Sequence record: NC_049340.1
Reading direction: 5' to 3' (one strand)
DNA: 64,000 nucleotides
The notes below the pieces were generated by a model. It was not told where the DNA came from. It saw nothing but the letters and a program-made list of their open reading frames with translations, and searched no databases. Shown in pieces: positions 20,138 to 33,511 of the stretch (positions are counted from its first letter, which is position 1; each line of letters starts with the position of its first letter). A program made the translations under genes and the position numbers.

Positions 20138-20394
20138 TATATTTTATTTTAGTATTAACAATTTTAAATAGTATTTTAGTATTAACAATTTTAAATATTA
20201 TTGATATATTACTTAGAAAATATTTTAGTTTATTTTATATTTCAAAATATAAATCTAACAGAAATAAGGTATTATTGGGATTTCATGTAATGTATAAAAT
20301 TACAAAACATTCAAGTAAGTCTATTCTCTATATTCCAATAAGAAATAAAGAAAAGATAGAAATTTCAGAGAATTTAGAACGCTTAAAAAAATGA
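20134..20394 (+). CDS. small membrane protein with internal 9-codon tandem duplication
   Basis: ILVLTILN repeated; 26 bp DNA repeat at 20145 and 20172. Confidence 0.45.
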   Translation: MIYFILVLTILNSILVLTILNIIDILLRKYFSLFYISKYKSNRNKVLLGFHVMYKITKHSSKSILYIPIRNKEKIEISENLERLKK

Positions 20395-20584
20395 CAAAAC
20401 AAATCAGGTATATAATATAAATGCCCAAATGTCATGGTTAAAAACCAAGGAGAAACTTGATGAATATAGAAACATATATCGTGAAGTAAATACAAAAGCG
20501 GTTGATGAGGCATACAAACGGTATTTAGATAGATTATATGATGTAAATTAATACGTCATACATAGATTATAAAAATCTTAATAA

Positions 20585-22488
20585 ATGAGTAAAAAGCGAG
20601 AGGAACACAAAGTATTAGATGCTAGGACACAGGCGTATTTGAAGCCAGGTATGTGGATTGGCGAAACAAAAATAACAACATCAACATATGCTATACTAAT
20701 TGATGGATTAATACAACACAAAGAAGTTGAATATGTACCAGCATTAGTAAAGTTAATTGAAGAGATTTACACAAACTCATCCGATGAACATATTAGAACT
20801 ATCAACAATAAAAACTTCGTGGGTGGGTATTAGATAAAGTTTCTATTGATGTACGACTTGATGGATGGGTAACAGTTAGAGATAACGGTGGAATTACAAC
20901 AGAATTACATTCTAGTGGTGTTAGAACACCTAAAGCAATATTCGGTAATTTATTTTCATCATCAAATTATGATGAAAATGAGGCTAAGAAAGTTGCTGGA
21001 ACAAATGGTGTTGGTTCTGCATTAACAAACATATTTTCCAAGGAGTTTAACGTTACTACAGCAGATGGTAAAAATAAACTACATATTCGTTGGAGTGATA
21101 ATATGAAAAAGTGTGAGACTGTATCATATAAGAAATCAAAGGAACATTTCACAGAAGTAAGATTTAAATTAGATTTAGATAGATTTAAACTTAGTGAATT
21201 AAACTATGGAACTATTAAAATGATTGAGGCTAAAGTTATAGCAATGAGTGCATATAACAATGGTTTAACAGTTTCATTTAATGGTGAGGATTATAAGTTT
21301 AAATCATTATTAGACTATGTTAAGTTATATGGTTTTAATGATAGTGAAATTATATATGAAAAGAATGATGATTGGGAACATTGTATAACACCTAATATTG
21401 ATGCAAATGGTTATCATATAGGATTAATTAATGGTGCATTATGTTGTGATGGTGAAATAAAGAAACACCACGAAAAGGCAACTGTTGATAGTATTAGAAA
21501 GTTCTTAAAAACACCAACCTTTAAGAAATATAATGATGGTGAAACAATTGAACCAACATATCAATCAATCACACAAAGATTTAATTCATTCGTAAAGGCT
21601 GAGGTTATTAATCCTGAATATGACTCACAATCAAAAGATAAATTAACAACATCACCATTAATATTAGATGGTGATAAATATAGAGATAGAAAGTTTAATA
21701 TTGATAAAAAGATTAATGTTGAGTTCGCTACAATTGGGTCATTAATTGATTGGTATACACAAAAGAAAAATGCGGAGGAAGCTGGTGAGGTTCGAAAGAA
21801 AGTTAGAGAATTAAAAAAGAAAGATGTTAAATCAGTACGAAAGTTAGTTGATGCTACATCAAAAACTAAATCAACAAGAGCGAAATGTGATTTATTTATT
21901 TTCGAGGGTGATTCTGCTGGTAAGTCTTTCCGTTCAACACGAGAACCAAAAACACAAGGTGCATTATTTCTAAGAGGTAAGTGTAAGCAAGCATATGGAA
22001 TGACAACATTAAACGTACTAAAGAATGAGGAGTTTTCTAATATAGTACTTGCATTAGGTCTTGACCCAACAAAACCTGATGAGGTTGATAACTTACGATT
22101 TAGACGTGTTATTATTTGTACGGATGCAGACCGTGATGGTGATGGAATCTGTGGACAATTATTAACATTCTTCATGGTACATTTCCCAAAGTTAGTTGAA
22201 AAAGGTATGATTTACCGTTCTACAACACCATTATATGTTGCATCAAAGGGTAAACAAAGAAAGTACTTTTATTCACAATCAGAATTTGATTCATTCAAAG
22301 GTAAAGGATGGACAACAAAATATATGAAAGGTTTGGGTTCTTTATTAAAAGAACATTACAAACACATATTAACCGAACCTAGATTGATTAGGTTTAAGTC
22401 AACTGATGATACGTTTAAAATTATTACCGATTGGATGGGTAAGAACTCAACTATGAGAAAACAATATTTATCACAAAAAGTGCAATAG
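20585..22488 (+). CDS. DNA topoisomerase II large subunit (ATPase + TOPRIM; gp39/60-like), apparent frameshift near 20830
   Basis: EIYTNSSDE, RDNGG, SSSNY, AGTNGVGS (GHKL); FIFEGDSA, LRGK, ICTDADRDG, KYMKGLGS. Confidence 0.9.
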
Positions 22489-22505
22489 ATAATTTACACT
22501 TTGAT

Positions 22506-22730
22506 ATGCAAAGTGGAATGTTAGATGATGAATATACAAACTTCACACATCAAATAATGTGGTATGGTAATATGAAAACATATGCTAGATTTTATGACAT
22601 TCCATTTGCATTAATGAAACTTGGTGACCAACTAAGTAAACCTGAGAATAGAAAAATGGAACAGGGTATGTTGTATGCAAAGAAGAAAACAATATACTTT
22701 TTTGGTAACTCTAAATGTGAATTACATTAA
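22506..22730 (+). CDS. hypothetical protein
   Basis: ORF between the topoisomerase genes. Confidence 0.4.
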   Translation: MQSGMLDDEYTNFTHQIMWYGNMKTYARFYDIPFALMKLGDQLSKPENRKMEQGMLYAKKKTIYFFGNSKCELH

Positions 22731-22741
22731 AAAATATAAAT

Positions 22742-24111
22742 ATGAAAGAACAAATTGTAGAAATACCTGATTTTTTCAGGATGAGGATAATGGATATTTA
22801 GGTTATGCTAGATATTCGGTAGAGAATCGTGCATTACCATCTATTATTGATGGTCAGAAGCCAGGTGCTAGGAAGCTATTACACTCAGCATTAAAAACAC
22901 TTAAAGGTGAGCAGAAGTATTTAAAACTTGTTGGTGCTACTTATGAACACTCGCTATACCATCACGGTGATAAGGCATTAATTGATACCATCACCACACT
23001 ATCACAACATTATAGTGATAACTTAGCACCGTTTAAGATTATTGGAGCAGAACCTGAATTACGTTCGCATGGTACGGCATCACCTCGTTACCTTGGTATC
23101 AAGTTATCGAAATATGCTGAATTATATAAGCAGGATTCAAATATTTTGGAACATAAATATGAAGATGGTCAAAAGATAGAACCAAAATATTATCTTCCGT
23201 TAATTCCTATTGCATTAACAAAACGAACTAGTGGTATGGGTCTTGGTTACAAATATGAATCAAGTATATCATATTGCCCTTTGTCTATAATTGATGCATG
23301 TATATCACACTTAAAGAAGTCAAAGAAAGTTTCACAACTTTTACCGTACATTAAAGGTTATACAGGCAACTATAAATTTTCTGAGGATGGTAGAGTATGG
23401 GCATCCGCAAAGTATGTTCATAAAGGTAGTAAAATTACTGTTACTGAATTAGTACCATCGGTTACTTTTGAAAAGTATGAAGAGATTTTAGATAAAGCAA
23501 AAGCCAACGAACATATTCTAGATTGGGAAAACAATTCAAAGGATGATAATATTGAATATGTAATTAAGGGTAATACATCAACTTTTGATAAATTATTCAA
23601 ATCAGGTAGAATATATTCATTATTAAAGTTAGGTGAATATTTCAAGCGACCTACTTTAACCATGCTAGATGAGTTTGGAAAGGTTATCGAATTTGATACT
23701 GTAGAAGAGATTTTAAGGTACTTTACCGATTTTAGGTTACGAATGTACGATAAAACAAAAGAATCGAAAATAACGACACTACAGAACGAAATACAACACA
23801 AGAACCATATCATTAAGTTCATTGAATTGTATTTGAATGGTAAAATTAAGTTAGATAAGAATACACCAATTGAAAAAACAATTTCTGTTCTTGATAAACA
23901 TAAGTTACCACACTTTGTATTAGATATTAAAATTAGAAAGTTAACAAAGGAAGAGTATAACAAACTTAAAGGTGAAGTTAGTGATTTAGAGAATCAATTA
24001 AAGCGTGTTAAAAACACACCAAATTTAAAAATGTATCTAGAAGACTTACATAATCTAAAGAAAGATTTAAAAAATGATTTTTCTAAAATAAACAATTACG
24101 AAAATGAATAG
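22742..24111 (+). CDS. DNA topoisomerase II medium subunit (gp52-like), apparent frameshift in T-run 22771-22776
   Basis: Frame upstream of ORF 23146 reads RALPSIIDGQKPGARK, YHHGD, ASPRYLGIKL (catalytic Tyr), EPKYYLPLIP. Confidence 0.9.
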
Positions 24112-24298
24112 AGAGACTAAAGATTATTTCAGATATATTTTTCATTTTATAACAATATGTTCATTCTTTGGTGGATTTGGTGGGTGGTATTTAGAAAAAT
24201 ATCAATCACTTCCGACAGATAGTTGTATTGGTTTACCATTCATTGCAATTATTGGATATTTGGTTGCATCTTTTATGATTGAGTATATACATAAATAA
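24104..24298 (+). CDS. small two-TM membrane protein
   Basis: Two hydrophobic segments. Confidence 0.5.
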   Translation: MNRETKDYFRYIFHFITICSFFGGFGGWYLEKYQSLPTDSCIGLPFIAIIGYLVASFMIEYIHK

Positions 24299-24371
24299 TA
24301 CGTAGAAAAATTGTAAACATGTTTTGTGTTCCAATTTTTTTGTTTATATTTGTCAAACAAAAGTAAAGGAT

Positions 24372-24563
24372 ATGAACATAAAAAATACAGCATTAAAAAT
24401 CTCAAAGGTTATAAAATCGTGTAAGACACATGGGCAACTAACCTCAGCTAAAAATATGTTTAATGGATTTACAATGTTTTATTATGAAAGTGATAAATAT
24501 TGGGAATATTACAATTCATTACAGATAGAATTTAATGAAGCTAAAAACAAACTAAACCGATAA
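24372..24563 (+). CDS. hypothetical protein
   Basis: Follows TATATTTG at 24345. Confidence 0.5.
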   Translation: MNIKNTALKISKVIKSCKTHGQLTSAKNMFNGFTMFYYESDKYWEYYNSLQIEFNEAKNKLNR

Positions 24564-24752
24564 AAATATGTGTAATTCAATAAAATCATCAACTTTAGAT
24601 AGACAGGCTTTTAATGAGTGGTTTAATGATGGTAACGCTGTAAAGGTAGGAGTAGATAAATATTTAGAACAAACTACTCAATATAGAACGACTTTTACAT
24701 TACGTGAATTAGAATTATTTTTTATAAGAGAATATCAAATACAATAAAGATT

Positions 24753-25040
24753 ATGAGTACATCTAATTTATATAACACAATTCAAGAAAATTTCAATGGT
24801 AAGTCAGTAAAAGTTATTGATGGTCACTTAACAGCAACAGAGAAGAAACACGTACTAGCAATATTAGGTGCTGGGTTAACCGAGGGTTCTGTAAAAAAGA
24901 AATCTTATTGGATTGAGAAGACTGAAAACGAAAATGAATATATTGTTACAGTCGGTGAAATGGGATATGGTTTAATAAAATCATATGGACAAACAAAGAA
25001 GACATTCCAAAAAACAAAATCTAAGGTAATTATTAAAGAA
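24753..25040 (+). CDS. hypothetical protein/domain, in frame with the RtcB start
   Basis: 96 codons with no stop before MITG at 25041. Confidence 0.4.
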
Positions 25041-26769
<1,729 letters not shown>

Positions 26770-26793
<24 letters not shown>

Positions 26794-27090
26794 TAGTGCA
26801 TCAATAACCTCAACACACTTCTTACATTCGTTTATGAAATTTAATGCTTGGTTATCGGTTATAGTAAACCATTCACCACGCTTTCTAGATGATGCATATT
26901 TTAGGTGCATCATCTTTTCAACACGTAAGTAATGTTTTGTCCTGAATGTATCAACAACCATAATTGTAGCTGAATTTCCAGTTTGTAACTGTTTAACACG
27001 CTTATCAACATCACCAGTTGTGAACCCTATTTTAAAAGAGCGTTCATCATTTCTATAATCTTCTAATAAATATATTGTACCTATTTTCAT
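26770..27090 (-). CDS. T5orf172/MUG113 (GIY-YIG-like) domain protein
   Basis: IYLL...FKIGFT...RVKQLQTGN...VEKMMH...RGEWF. Confidence 0.8.
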
Positions 27091-27136
27091 AAATTATGTA
27101 TATGGTTGTTTAATACTATAAACAATTTTATACATT

Positions 27137-27451
27137 ATGAATATTACTAAACTACAAAAAGAATTTACAGGTATTGGTTCTGAGGTTCGTGGATTCAAAT
27201 TTAAACAGGTTCGAGAATCTGATTTAGGTTATATCTACGAAGTTGATAGCGGAACTACAAAATACTTTGAGGTATTTAAAAAGAAAACTGTTGCTGTTTG
27301 TCTAAATTTTGAGCAAAGAATATTTTCTGAAACTGACTTCAAAGAAACATATCCAAAGGCATCTGAGTTTGGATATACTGCATGGACATATGATAAATTG
27401 CAACGTGCAGTTGAAAAATTAGAAACATTTAAGAAAAAATCTGAGAAATAA
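27137..27451 (+). CDS. hypothetical protein
   Basis: ORF with a terminator overlapping the stop. Confidence 0.55.
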   Translation: MNITKLQKEFTGIGSEVRGFKFKQVRESDLGYIYEVDSGTTKYFEVFKKKTVAVCLNFEQRIFSETDFKETYPKASEFGYTAWTYDKLQRAVEKLETFKKKSEK

Positions 27452-27524
27452 TTCTCAGATTTTTTTGTTTTTAAAATAATAGTTGTATATTTGTCAAACA
27501 AAGTCAAAACAAAATATTATAATT

Positions 27525-27731
27525 ATGAAAAATACATTCACATTAATTCTTGTTAAAGATTCATTTGGTAACACAGCTTACAATACTGTAGAAGACACTT
27601 CTGATACAATTATGTTAAGTGATTTAAGAGACAAAGATAATCAACCTATTTATTTTGAATCAGAGGCATATCATGCATGTTCATTAGAGCAAGATGGTTG
27701 TGAAAATGATTTAAAAGTCATTCGATTTTGA
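27525..27731 (+). CDS. hypothetical protein
   Basis: Follows TATATTTG at 27486. Confidence 0.45.
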   Translation: MKNTFTLILVKDSFGNTAYNTVEDTSDTIMLSDLRDKDNQPIYFESEAYHACSLEQDGCENDLKVIRF

Positions 27732-27763
27732 AACTGAATTTAATAACGCATAAAACTAGAAGC

Positions 27764-28402
27764 ATGAATTTACAAGATTTAAAAAACAGTCAAGAGTATA
27801 TATTAAATATTAAAGACGTTAATGGTGCAATAGCATGTGTCGAAAGAATAAAAAACACTAATAGTATTTTATATAAAGTTAATAAACATACATCAGTTTA
27901 TTACAACTATGATGGTACATATGGTATTCATGTTGATTTACATGGATATAAATACAAAAAAGATTATAACGGTGATTGGGTTGTTGTGTTTCCTGATAAC
28001 CAACCACAGAAATTAGATGTTGTTCTTGATGTTGCATCAGTTATTGAATCACACAAGACATATTTATTAGATATACAAAACCAACTAAGAACAACACTAG
28101 CCGAACAATTAAGAAAGCATATGTTGGCTAATGAAATTTCAAAGTTTGGTCACGTACCTTATGATTATAAATGTGTCTTAAATACACTTAAATTAGCTGG
28201 TATTATTACATCCAACCAAGATACAATAAACTCTCACAACGTATTTATTTCAGTTAATAAAAATAATGTTGACCGTGTACAAGAATTAACACATGATAAG
28301 TTCAGTACAAAAAGAGATTGTATGAGTGGTTTGTATAGAAAATTCGTAACACTAGACAAACTAATCAAATTAGTTGAAGAGTATAATTCAATTGAAGACT
28401 AA
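27764..28402 (+). CDS. hypothetical protein
   Basis: ORF coupled to the glycosyltransferase. Confidence 0.55.
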   Translation: MNLQDLKNSQEYILNIKDVNGAIACVERIKNTNSILYKVNKHTSVYYNYDGTYGIHVDLHGYKYKKDYNGDWVVVFPDNQPQKLDVVLDVASVIESHKTYLLDIQNQLRTTLAEQLRKHMLANEISKFGHVPYDYKCVLNTLKLAGIITSNQDTINSHNVFISVNKNNVDRVQELTHDKFSTKRDCMSGLYRKFVTLDKLIKLVEEYNSIED

Positions 28403-29817
28403 TGAAAAGACAAATATTTTGTAGGTTTGATAACCAAGCCGATTTAAATACACTATCCAGCTTTTTACCAAGGAAAATAGACACGACAATAGCTGAATAT
28501 GACCTTGATGATAATAAGGTCTTAAAGTTAAGTAAACGTAAACATTTACCAGTTAACTTTGGTGAGGATAAGTATGGATGGCGACACCATTATAGAGGTA
28601 TGCCAATATTCCAAAGTAAGGAAGTACTACCATATCACCTAATCATATTTCATACGACAAAATCACCAAGTGAATTAACTGAGTTATTTAAACAACAAGT
28701 AACAGACCGAACAAAAAGTATTTGGTTTCCTCAGCTAGAAGTTGGTAAACATTCAAAATATAGATTAGTTTGTGGTGAATCAAATAACAAATATCCAATA
28801 TATGTTGTTTCAAAGGGTCGTTCAAATAACTGTTCAACCTCAAAATACTTATCACAAATGGAAGTAAAACATTTCGTTGCGGTAGAACCAAATGAAGTTA
28901 GTTCATATAAGTCTGAGTTAGATTTGAATTATGCTACCGTATTGGAAATGGATATGTCGTATAAGGATAATTATGATACGTTTAGTGATTTGGGTAAGAA
29001 TAGTAGTACAGGGCCAGGTGCGGTGAGGAATTTTTGTTGGGAACATTCAATAAAAAATGGTCATAAGTGGCATTGGGTTATGGATGATAATGCTATTGAG
29101 GGATTCCATTACTTATACCAAAACACAAAGATTAAATCTAGAACTGGTGCATATTTTAGAGCGTGTGAGGATTTTGTTGATAGATATGATAATATTGCTA
29201 TTGGTGGATTAAATTACACAATGTTTTGTAAGATGACAGATAAAACACCACCTTATATTTTAAACACACGTATTTATTCATTCCTACTTATTAGAAATGA
29301 TATTCCATATCGTTGGAGGGGTAGATATAATGAGGATACTGATTTATCACTTAGGGTTCTTAAAGATGATTGGTGTACTATTCAATTCAATTTCTTTTTG
29401 GCTGGTAAATCTACCACACAGCGAGTTAGTGGAGGTAATACAAAAGAGTTCTATAAAGAAGAGGGTACTAAGAATAAATCACAAATGTTGGTTGATATGC
29501 ATCCTGATGTAGCCAAAATGATTTGGCGTTTTAATAGATGGCATCACACAGTAGATTATTCAGGATTTAAACAACGTTTGAAACTTAACGATAACATTAA
29601 CCTAAAAGGAATACCAAAGGTTGATAATTATGGTACAAAAATTATAAAAACTATTGAAGAAGAAACAAGCCATTCAAAGATGTGGTTAGAATCTAAATAT
29701 AGTTCACAATTATCTAATTACAAACCACCAGTATTCAACACATACGATAAAGAACCTAGTAGAAAAAAACCTTTATCATTCGCAGAATTAATGCGAGCAA
29801 AAAAATCCAAGAAATAA
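28402..29817 (+). CDS. TAGT/GREB1-like GT-A glycosyltransferase with fused N-terminal accessory domain
   Basis: PIYVVSKGR, GPGAVRNFCW, WVMDDN, RGRYNEDTDLSLRVLK, KSTTQRVSGGNT; N-terminal YRGMPIFQ...TDRTKSIWFP module. Confidence 0.75.
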   Translation: MKRQIFCRFDNQADLNTLSSFLPRKIDTTIAEYDLDDNKVLKLSKRKHLPVNFGEDKYGWRHHYRGMPIFQSKEVLPYHLIIFHTTKSPSELTELFKQQVTDRTKSIWFPQLEVGKHSKYRLVCGESNNKYPIYVVSKGRSNNCSTSKYLSQMEVKHFVAVEPNEVSSYKSELDLNYATVLEMDMSYKDNYDTFSDLGKNSSTGPGAVRNFCWEHSIKNGHKWHWVMDDNAIEGFHYLYQNTKIKSRTGAYFRACEDFVDRYDNIAIGGLNYTMFCKMTDKTPPYILNTRIYSFLLIRNDIPYRWRGRYNEDTDLSLRVLKDDWCTIQFNFFLAGKSTTQRVSGGNTKEFYKEEGTKNKSQMLVDMHPDVAKMIWRFNRWHHTVDYSGFKQRLKLNDNINLKGIPKVDNYGTKIIKTIEEETSHSKMWLESKYSSQLSNYKPPVFNTYDKEPSRKKPLSFAELMRAKKSKK

Positions 29818-30041
29818 TTCTTGGATTTTTTTGTATTTTAAAATTAAAGTTGTATATTTGACTTGTCAAAAGAGAGATAATTAAATTAAAACAAATTAAT
29901 CATGTCAAATAAAAAAGCATTAGTAAGAAAGTTTAAAGCAATGTCTAAACTGGCACAAGAATTAGGTTACTCAAATGTAAGAGAAGCTGAAAGAGCAGGT
30001 CAAGGTCATAAATTAAAAAGAGAATTTAATTTAGCAAGCTA

Positions 30042-30326
30042 ATGGGTTTATATAAAGATTATATCAAACACGGCTTATTCTTCAATGGTGAGCAATTAAC
30101 CCAAGAATCAATCGACAAATGTATTGAACAATGTATACAAAACAAACAGGGTTGTATTGATGAGGTTCAAAGAGGTGAAGTTACTGTTAATGATAAAGAA
30201 AAATATTTCGAGTGGTGTAATAGTAACATCAAAAAGTATGAGAATAGAGACTTCAAAATTAGTCTAAGTTTCCTACAAAAAGCATATTATATACAAACAG
30301 GTAAGTGTGTAGCACTTTTACCATAA
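30042..30326 (+). CDS. hypothetical protein
   Basis: Early-type operon. Confidence 0.5.
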   Translation: MGLYKDYIKHGLFFNGEQLTQESIDKCIEQCIQNKQGCIDEVQRGEVTVNDKEKYFEWCNSNIKKYENRDFKISLSFLQKAYYIQTGKCVALLP

Positions 30327-30336
30327 ATAAAAAGTA

Positions 30337-30903
30337 ATGACAACAAAAGAATTAAAGACAAAAGTAATAGGGCATATAGATTCGATAACCGAAAAGAATG
30401 AGATTCCTGAACTATATCCATTCACAAAAGTTATTGAATTTCTTAAATCTTTAGAGGGTATCAAAGGGTTACCACTAGAAAAAGGTTTAGATGGTATTTT
30501 ATTTAATTATAAAAATGCCTTTGAAAGTCTCAAAGCATTAGATGGTGATGAACATAACTATTTAGCACATAAAACAAAATTCAAGACAACAATACACAGT
30601 CTTAGATATTTCTGTTCATGGTGTCTTAAATTGGTTAAATCAAGACCTGATATTACAGATGCCGAGTTAGTTGATGAATTTAAGTGGTATGTTGATTTCA
30701 GAGCAAATAAATTGATTACTGAAATTCTAGAGAATAATCCACGAATGAACTCAACAAATCCAATTTCTAATTTAAAAGATGTTTATGGGAATGATACAAG
30801 AATCAGACTATATAAAGAATTGTTTTTACCATTGCAGTTGGCAAAGAATGGTGAATCATTCGACTCATTCCTAGCAATGCAACGAAAGTTCCTTACTAAT
30901 TAG
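30337..30903 (+). CDS. hypothetical protein
   Basis: ORF followed by a terminator at 30922-30955. Confidence 0.55.
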   Translation: MTTKELKTKVIGHIDSITEKNEIPELYPFTKVIEFLKSLEGIKGLPLEKGLDGILFNYKNAFESLKALDGDEHNYLAHKTKFKTTIHSLRYFCSWCLKLVKSRPDITDAELVDEFKWYVDFRANKLITEILENNPRMNSTNPISNLKDVYGNDTRIRLYKELFLPLQLAKNGESFDSFLAMQRKFLTN

Positions 30904-30987
30904 TAAATATTATAAATAAGCAAAAAATCCTTTTGATATTTCAAAAGGATTTTTTATATTTGAAGTGTCAAACAAAAAGAGATACTT

Positions 30988-31489
30988 ATGAATAGTAAAC
31001 AATTAGAAAACGTTAAGGTAGCAGTAAAAGAATTACAAGACTTATATCATGCACAATACGACACTAAGAATGAAATATGTGTTGATGCGTTGACAAAAGA
31101 TGTTGAAGTTGTTAGATTCCTTAGTAAAAAATCATTTTTGATTCTTATGATATTAAAGTTCCTAAGGTTAAGCCATTCACAGCCGAGTATGTTTTAGAGC
31201 GTATTAGTAAGAAACAAAAATTGTGTATGTTAATTACACAGATGTTTTCAAGACTATAATTGATAAAATTGAATTACCTAGACGTGTTAGCGCAACATCT
31301 TATGGTTTAGGTATTGAGGCAATATTTGGTACACGTGAAGAGAATTTTAAAGACATGCATGCGGTTGGTGATAAACTAAAAGAATATGGTATTGAGTTCA
31401 CATACGGTGCATCTGAGGCTGAATGGGTACGTCAAATAAGAATAAGTAAGAAGCAAAGTAATATAGACAGAATTAAAGCATTAAAATAA
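30988..31489 (+). CDS. hypothetical protein (two apparent A-run frameshifts near 31128 and 31218)
   Basis: Restoring one A in each run joins ORFs 30988 and 31223. Confidence 0.45.
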
Positions 31490-31671
31490 TGAGTTCAACT
31501 AGAAACGAATCAATGACATGGTGGCATAATATGTCTTTGGAAGAGCAATTTTATAAAACAATAAAACACAATTCACTAATTGCTGGCGATAATACAAGAC
31601 ACCCACATACATTAACATCATCAGAAATTATTAAAATATACGATGCAGAAAACGATACAAATCCAAGTTAA
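31489..31671 (+). CDS. hypothetical protein
   Basis: Coupled ORF. Confidence 0.45.
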   Translation: MSSTRNESMTWWHNMSLEEQFYKTIKHNSLIAGDNTRHPHTLTSSEIIKIYDAENDTNPS

Positions 31672-32005
31672 AATCTTTGTTGGTGACCTAGAACCAAAAG
31701 TTATTCGAAAGGTATTTAAATCAGATTCTGATAGTATTAAATTTCTAGAGAAGTTAAATACTGATAAACTACAGACCATATATGAATTAACTACAGGCAA
31801 TAATGATACATTTAAGCCATCAAAATATTTAATTAATAGTACATCACCATACGGTACTAATTTTAATAGAAATCGGTATTTTAATGCTGATGCATACAAA
31901 ACTATTAAAGTTCGTGATTTATATCACCAAATGGCAAATGAAAATAACATCCGCACCGAGGTTAAAATTTTAACAAAGAAAACTAATAAAACTTTTGGTA
32001 AATAA
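31643..32005 (+). CDS. hypothetical protein
   Basis: ORF. Confidence 0.45.
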   Translation: MQKTIQIQVKIFVGDLEPKVIRKVFKSDSDSIKFLEKLNTDKLQTIYELTTGNNDTFKPSKYLINSTSPYGTNFNRNRYFNADAYKTIKVRDLYHQMANENNIRTEVKILTKKTNKTFGK

Positions 32006-32049
32006 AATAACATTCGCTATATTTGTATAGTAATTAAAAAGCGATAACA

Positions 32050-32250
32050 ATGTTAAACATAGTTCAAAATATTTCAGAAAACAATAATGGTGGTGAAGTT
32101 AAAGATTATAACATGCAAATCATACAAGACAAATTAAATGAGGTTGGTGTTGAAGAGGCTAAAGAGTGGTTACATTACCAAGCATTAATAACTTTAATGT
32201 ATTCTGTTGAAGAGCGTGAAGAAATGTTAAAAAGAAAAAATATTAATTAA
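32050..32250 (+). CDS. hypothetical protein
   Basis: Own TATATTTG promoter. Confidence 0.5.
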   Translation: MLNIVQNISENNNGGEVKDYNMQIIQDKLNEVGVEEAKEWLHYQALITLMYSVEEREEMLKRKNIN

Positions 32251-32309
32251 AACATTTCCTCAATTAAAAGTAAAACATTATATTTGTATAGTAATTAAAA
32301 CGATAAGAC

Positions 32310-32858
32310 ATGAAAAATTTAATAGACCAACAATTTCAACAAGCTAGATTAATCGGTATGAATGATTATAAAAATGGTATTATTAGAGCAAGTGCACAAA
32401 GTACTGAATTGAATAAAATGTTTATCGGTAGAAATGTTGGTGAAACACCTGAGGGTGAAGCATCATCAATAGATTTAATGAAATTATGGTATGCAGGGTG
32501 GGATAAAGCTAAAGAATTAAAAGAAGACGAAATGAATAAAGCCGTAGAATATAAAAAAGGTATGTTAGTTAATATTTTAGTTGGTGGTTCACACGAACCT
32601 GTGGCGAAATATAAAAACCTTATTTTAGTTGGTGATAACGTTCCACAAATCCACGAAGTTCACGTAGATGAACCACACTTAGAAATTGGTCATATTAATT
32701 TCCGTGGTGAAGTTAGTACACACGCTAAATTGGTTACACCTGAACTTAAAGGTAAATGGCTTATGTTCTGTGGTAACTTCTGCACAACAACAGATTCAAG
32801 ATTCAAAGAAATCTGTGGTCAAGATTGTATTAAAATTTTCAGTCGCCACGAGGGGTAA
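32310..32858 (+). CDS. hypothetical protein
   Basis: Own TATATTTG promoter. Confidence 0.55.
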   Translation: MKNLIDQQFQQARLIGMNDYKNGIIRASAQSTELNKMFIGRNVGETPEGEASSIDLMKLWYAGWDKAKELKEDEMNKAVEYKKGMLVNILVGGSHEPVAKYKNLILVGDNVPQIHEVHVDEPHLEIGHINFRGEVSTHAKLVTPELKGKWLMFCGNFCTTTDSRFKEICGQDCIKIFSRHEG

Positions 32859-32912
32859 TACTTGCATATTAAAAAACAATTTTTTATATTTGTATAACAA
32901 AAAACAAAGAAA

Positions 32913-33116
32913 ATGATTCAAGTAAATATTCCATCAACAGAAGTTAACAACATAAACGACCTAAAAGAATTAGACTATTTTCATCATGGTGGTAATATTT
33001 TTGAGTACTGTAAACAAGGTATTGAACAACTAGAAAAGCAAGGCATTGAGCCAACAGCATATAAAAATTTATTAATCATTGCCAATGAGATTAAAGAACA
33101 CTTGGCGGAAGATTAA
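32913..33116 (+). CDS. hypothetical protein
   Basis: Own promoter; terminator at 33134-33158. Confidence 0.5.
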   Translation: MIQVNIPSTEVNNINDLKELDYFHHGGNIFEYCKQGIEQLEKQGIEPTAYKNLLIIANEIKEHLAED

Positions 33117-33238
33117 ATATTTTGTTTGACGACAAAAACGCACCAAATTGTGCGTTTTATTTTTTATATTTATTAAAATTATTTTGGTATTAAAAATAAA
33201 AGTGTTATATTTGAAGAGTCAAACAAAAAGAGATAACC

Positions 33239-33508
33239 ATGAAAAAATATAATTTAAGTTTAAACAACGAGATTAACAAATTGTATAACACTCTTGAAGA
33301 GGCTAAGGCAGTTTATGATAGATACATCAGATTAGCTAGAGTTTATCAGAGTCAATTTGATGGGTATCAACATTTCGACCATATTGCAATTGATTTGGTT
33401 CATGTTGATGAGAATGGTGGTTTAGCACCGATTGAGTATTTAGAGTATTTTGATGGTGCTAAATTAGCCAACAATAGATGTGATTTAACAAATATTTTAG
33501 TAGCATAA
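33239..33508 (+). CDS. hypothetical protein
   Basis: Promoter with TTTG (33183) 19 nt upstream of TATATTTG (33206). Confidence 0.55.
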   Translation: MKKYNLSLNNEINKLYNTLEEAKAVYDRYIRLARVYQSQFDGYQHFDHIAIDLVHVDENGGLAPIEYLEYFDGAKLANNRCDLTNILVA

Positions 33509-33511
33509 GTT

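Noticed and set aside
20820-20840. Programmed frameshift, ribosomal bypass (T4 gene 60 style) or TAG readthrough in the topoisomerase gene
   Set aside because: The downstream sequence is in the -1 frame with no coding gap, so readthrough would not help. One missing T explains it, as at the other homopolymer sites.
32310-32520. Ribosome modulation factor-like motif (WYAGWDKA)
   Set aside because: The match is only a short W-x-x-G-W motif common in small phage proteins, too weak to call.
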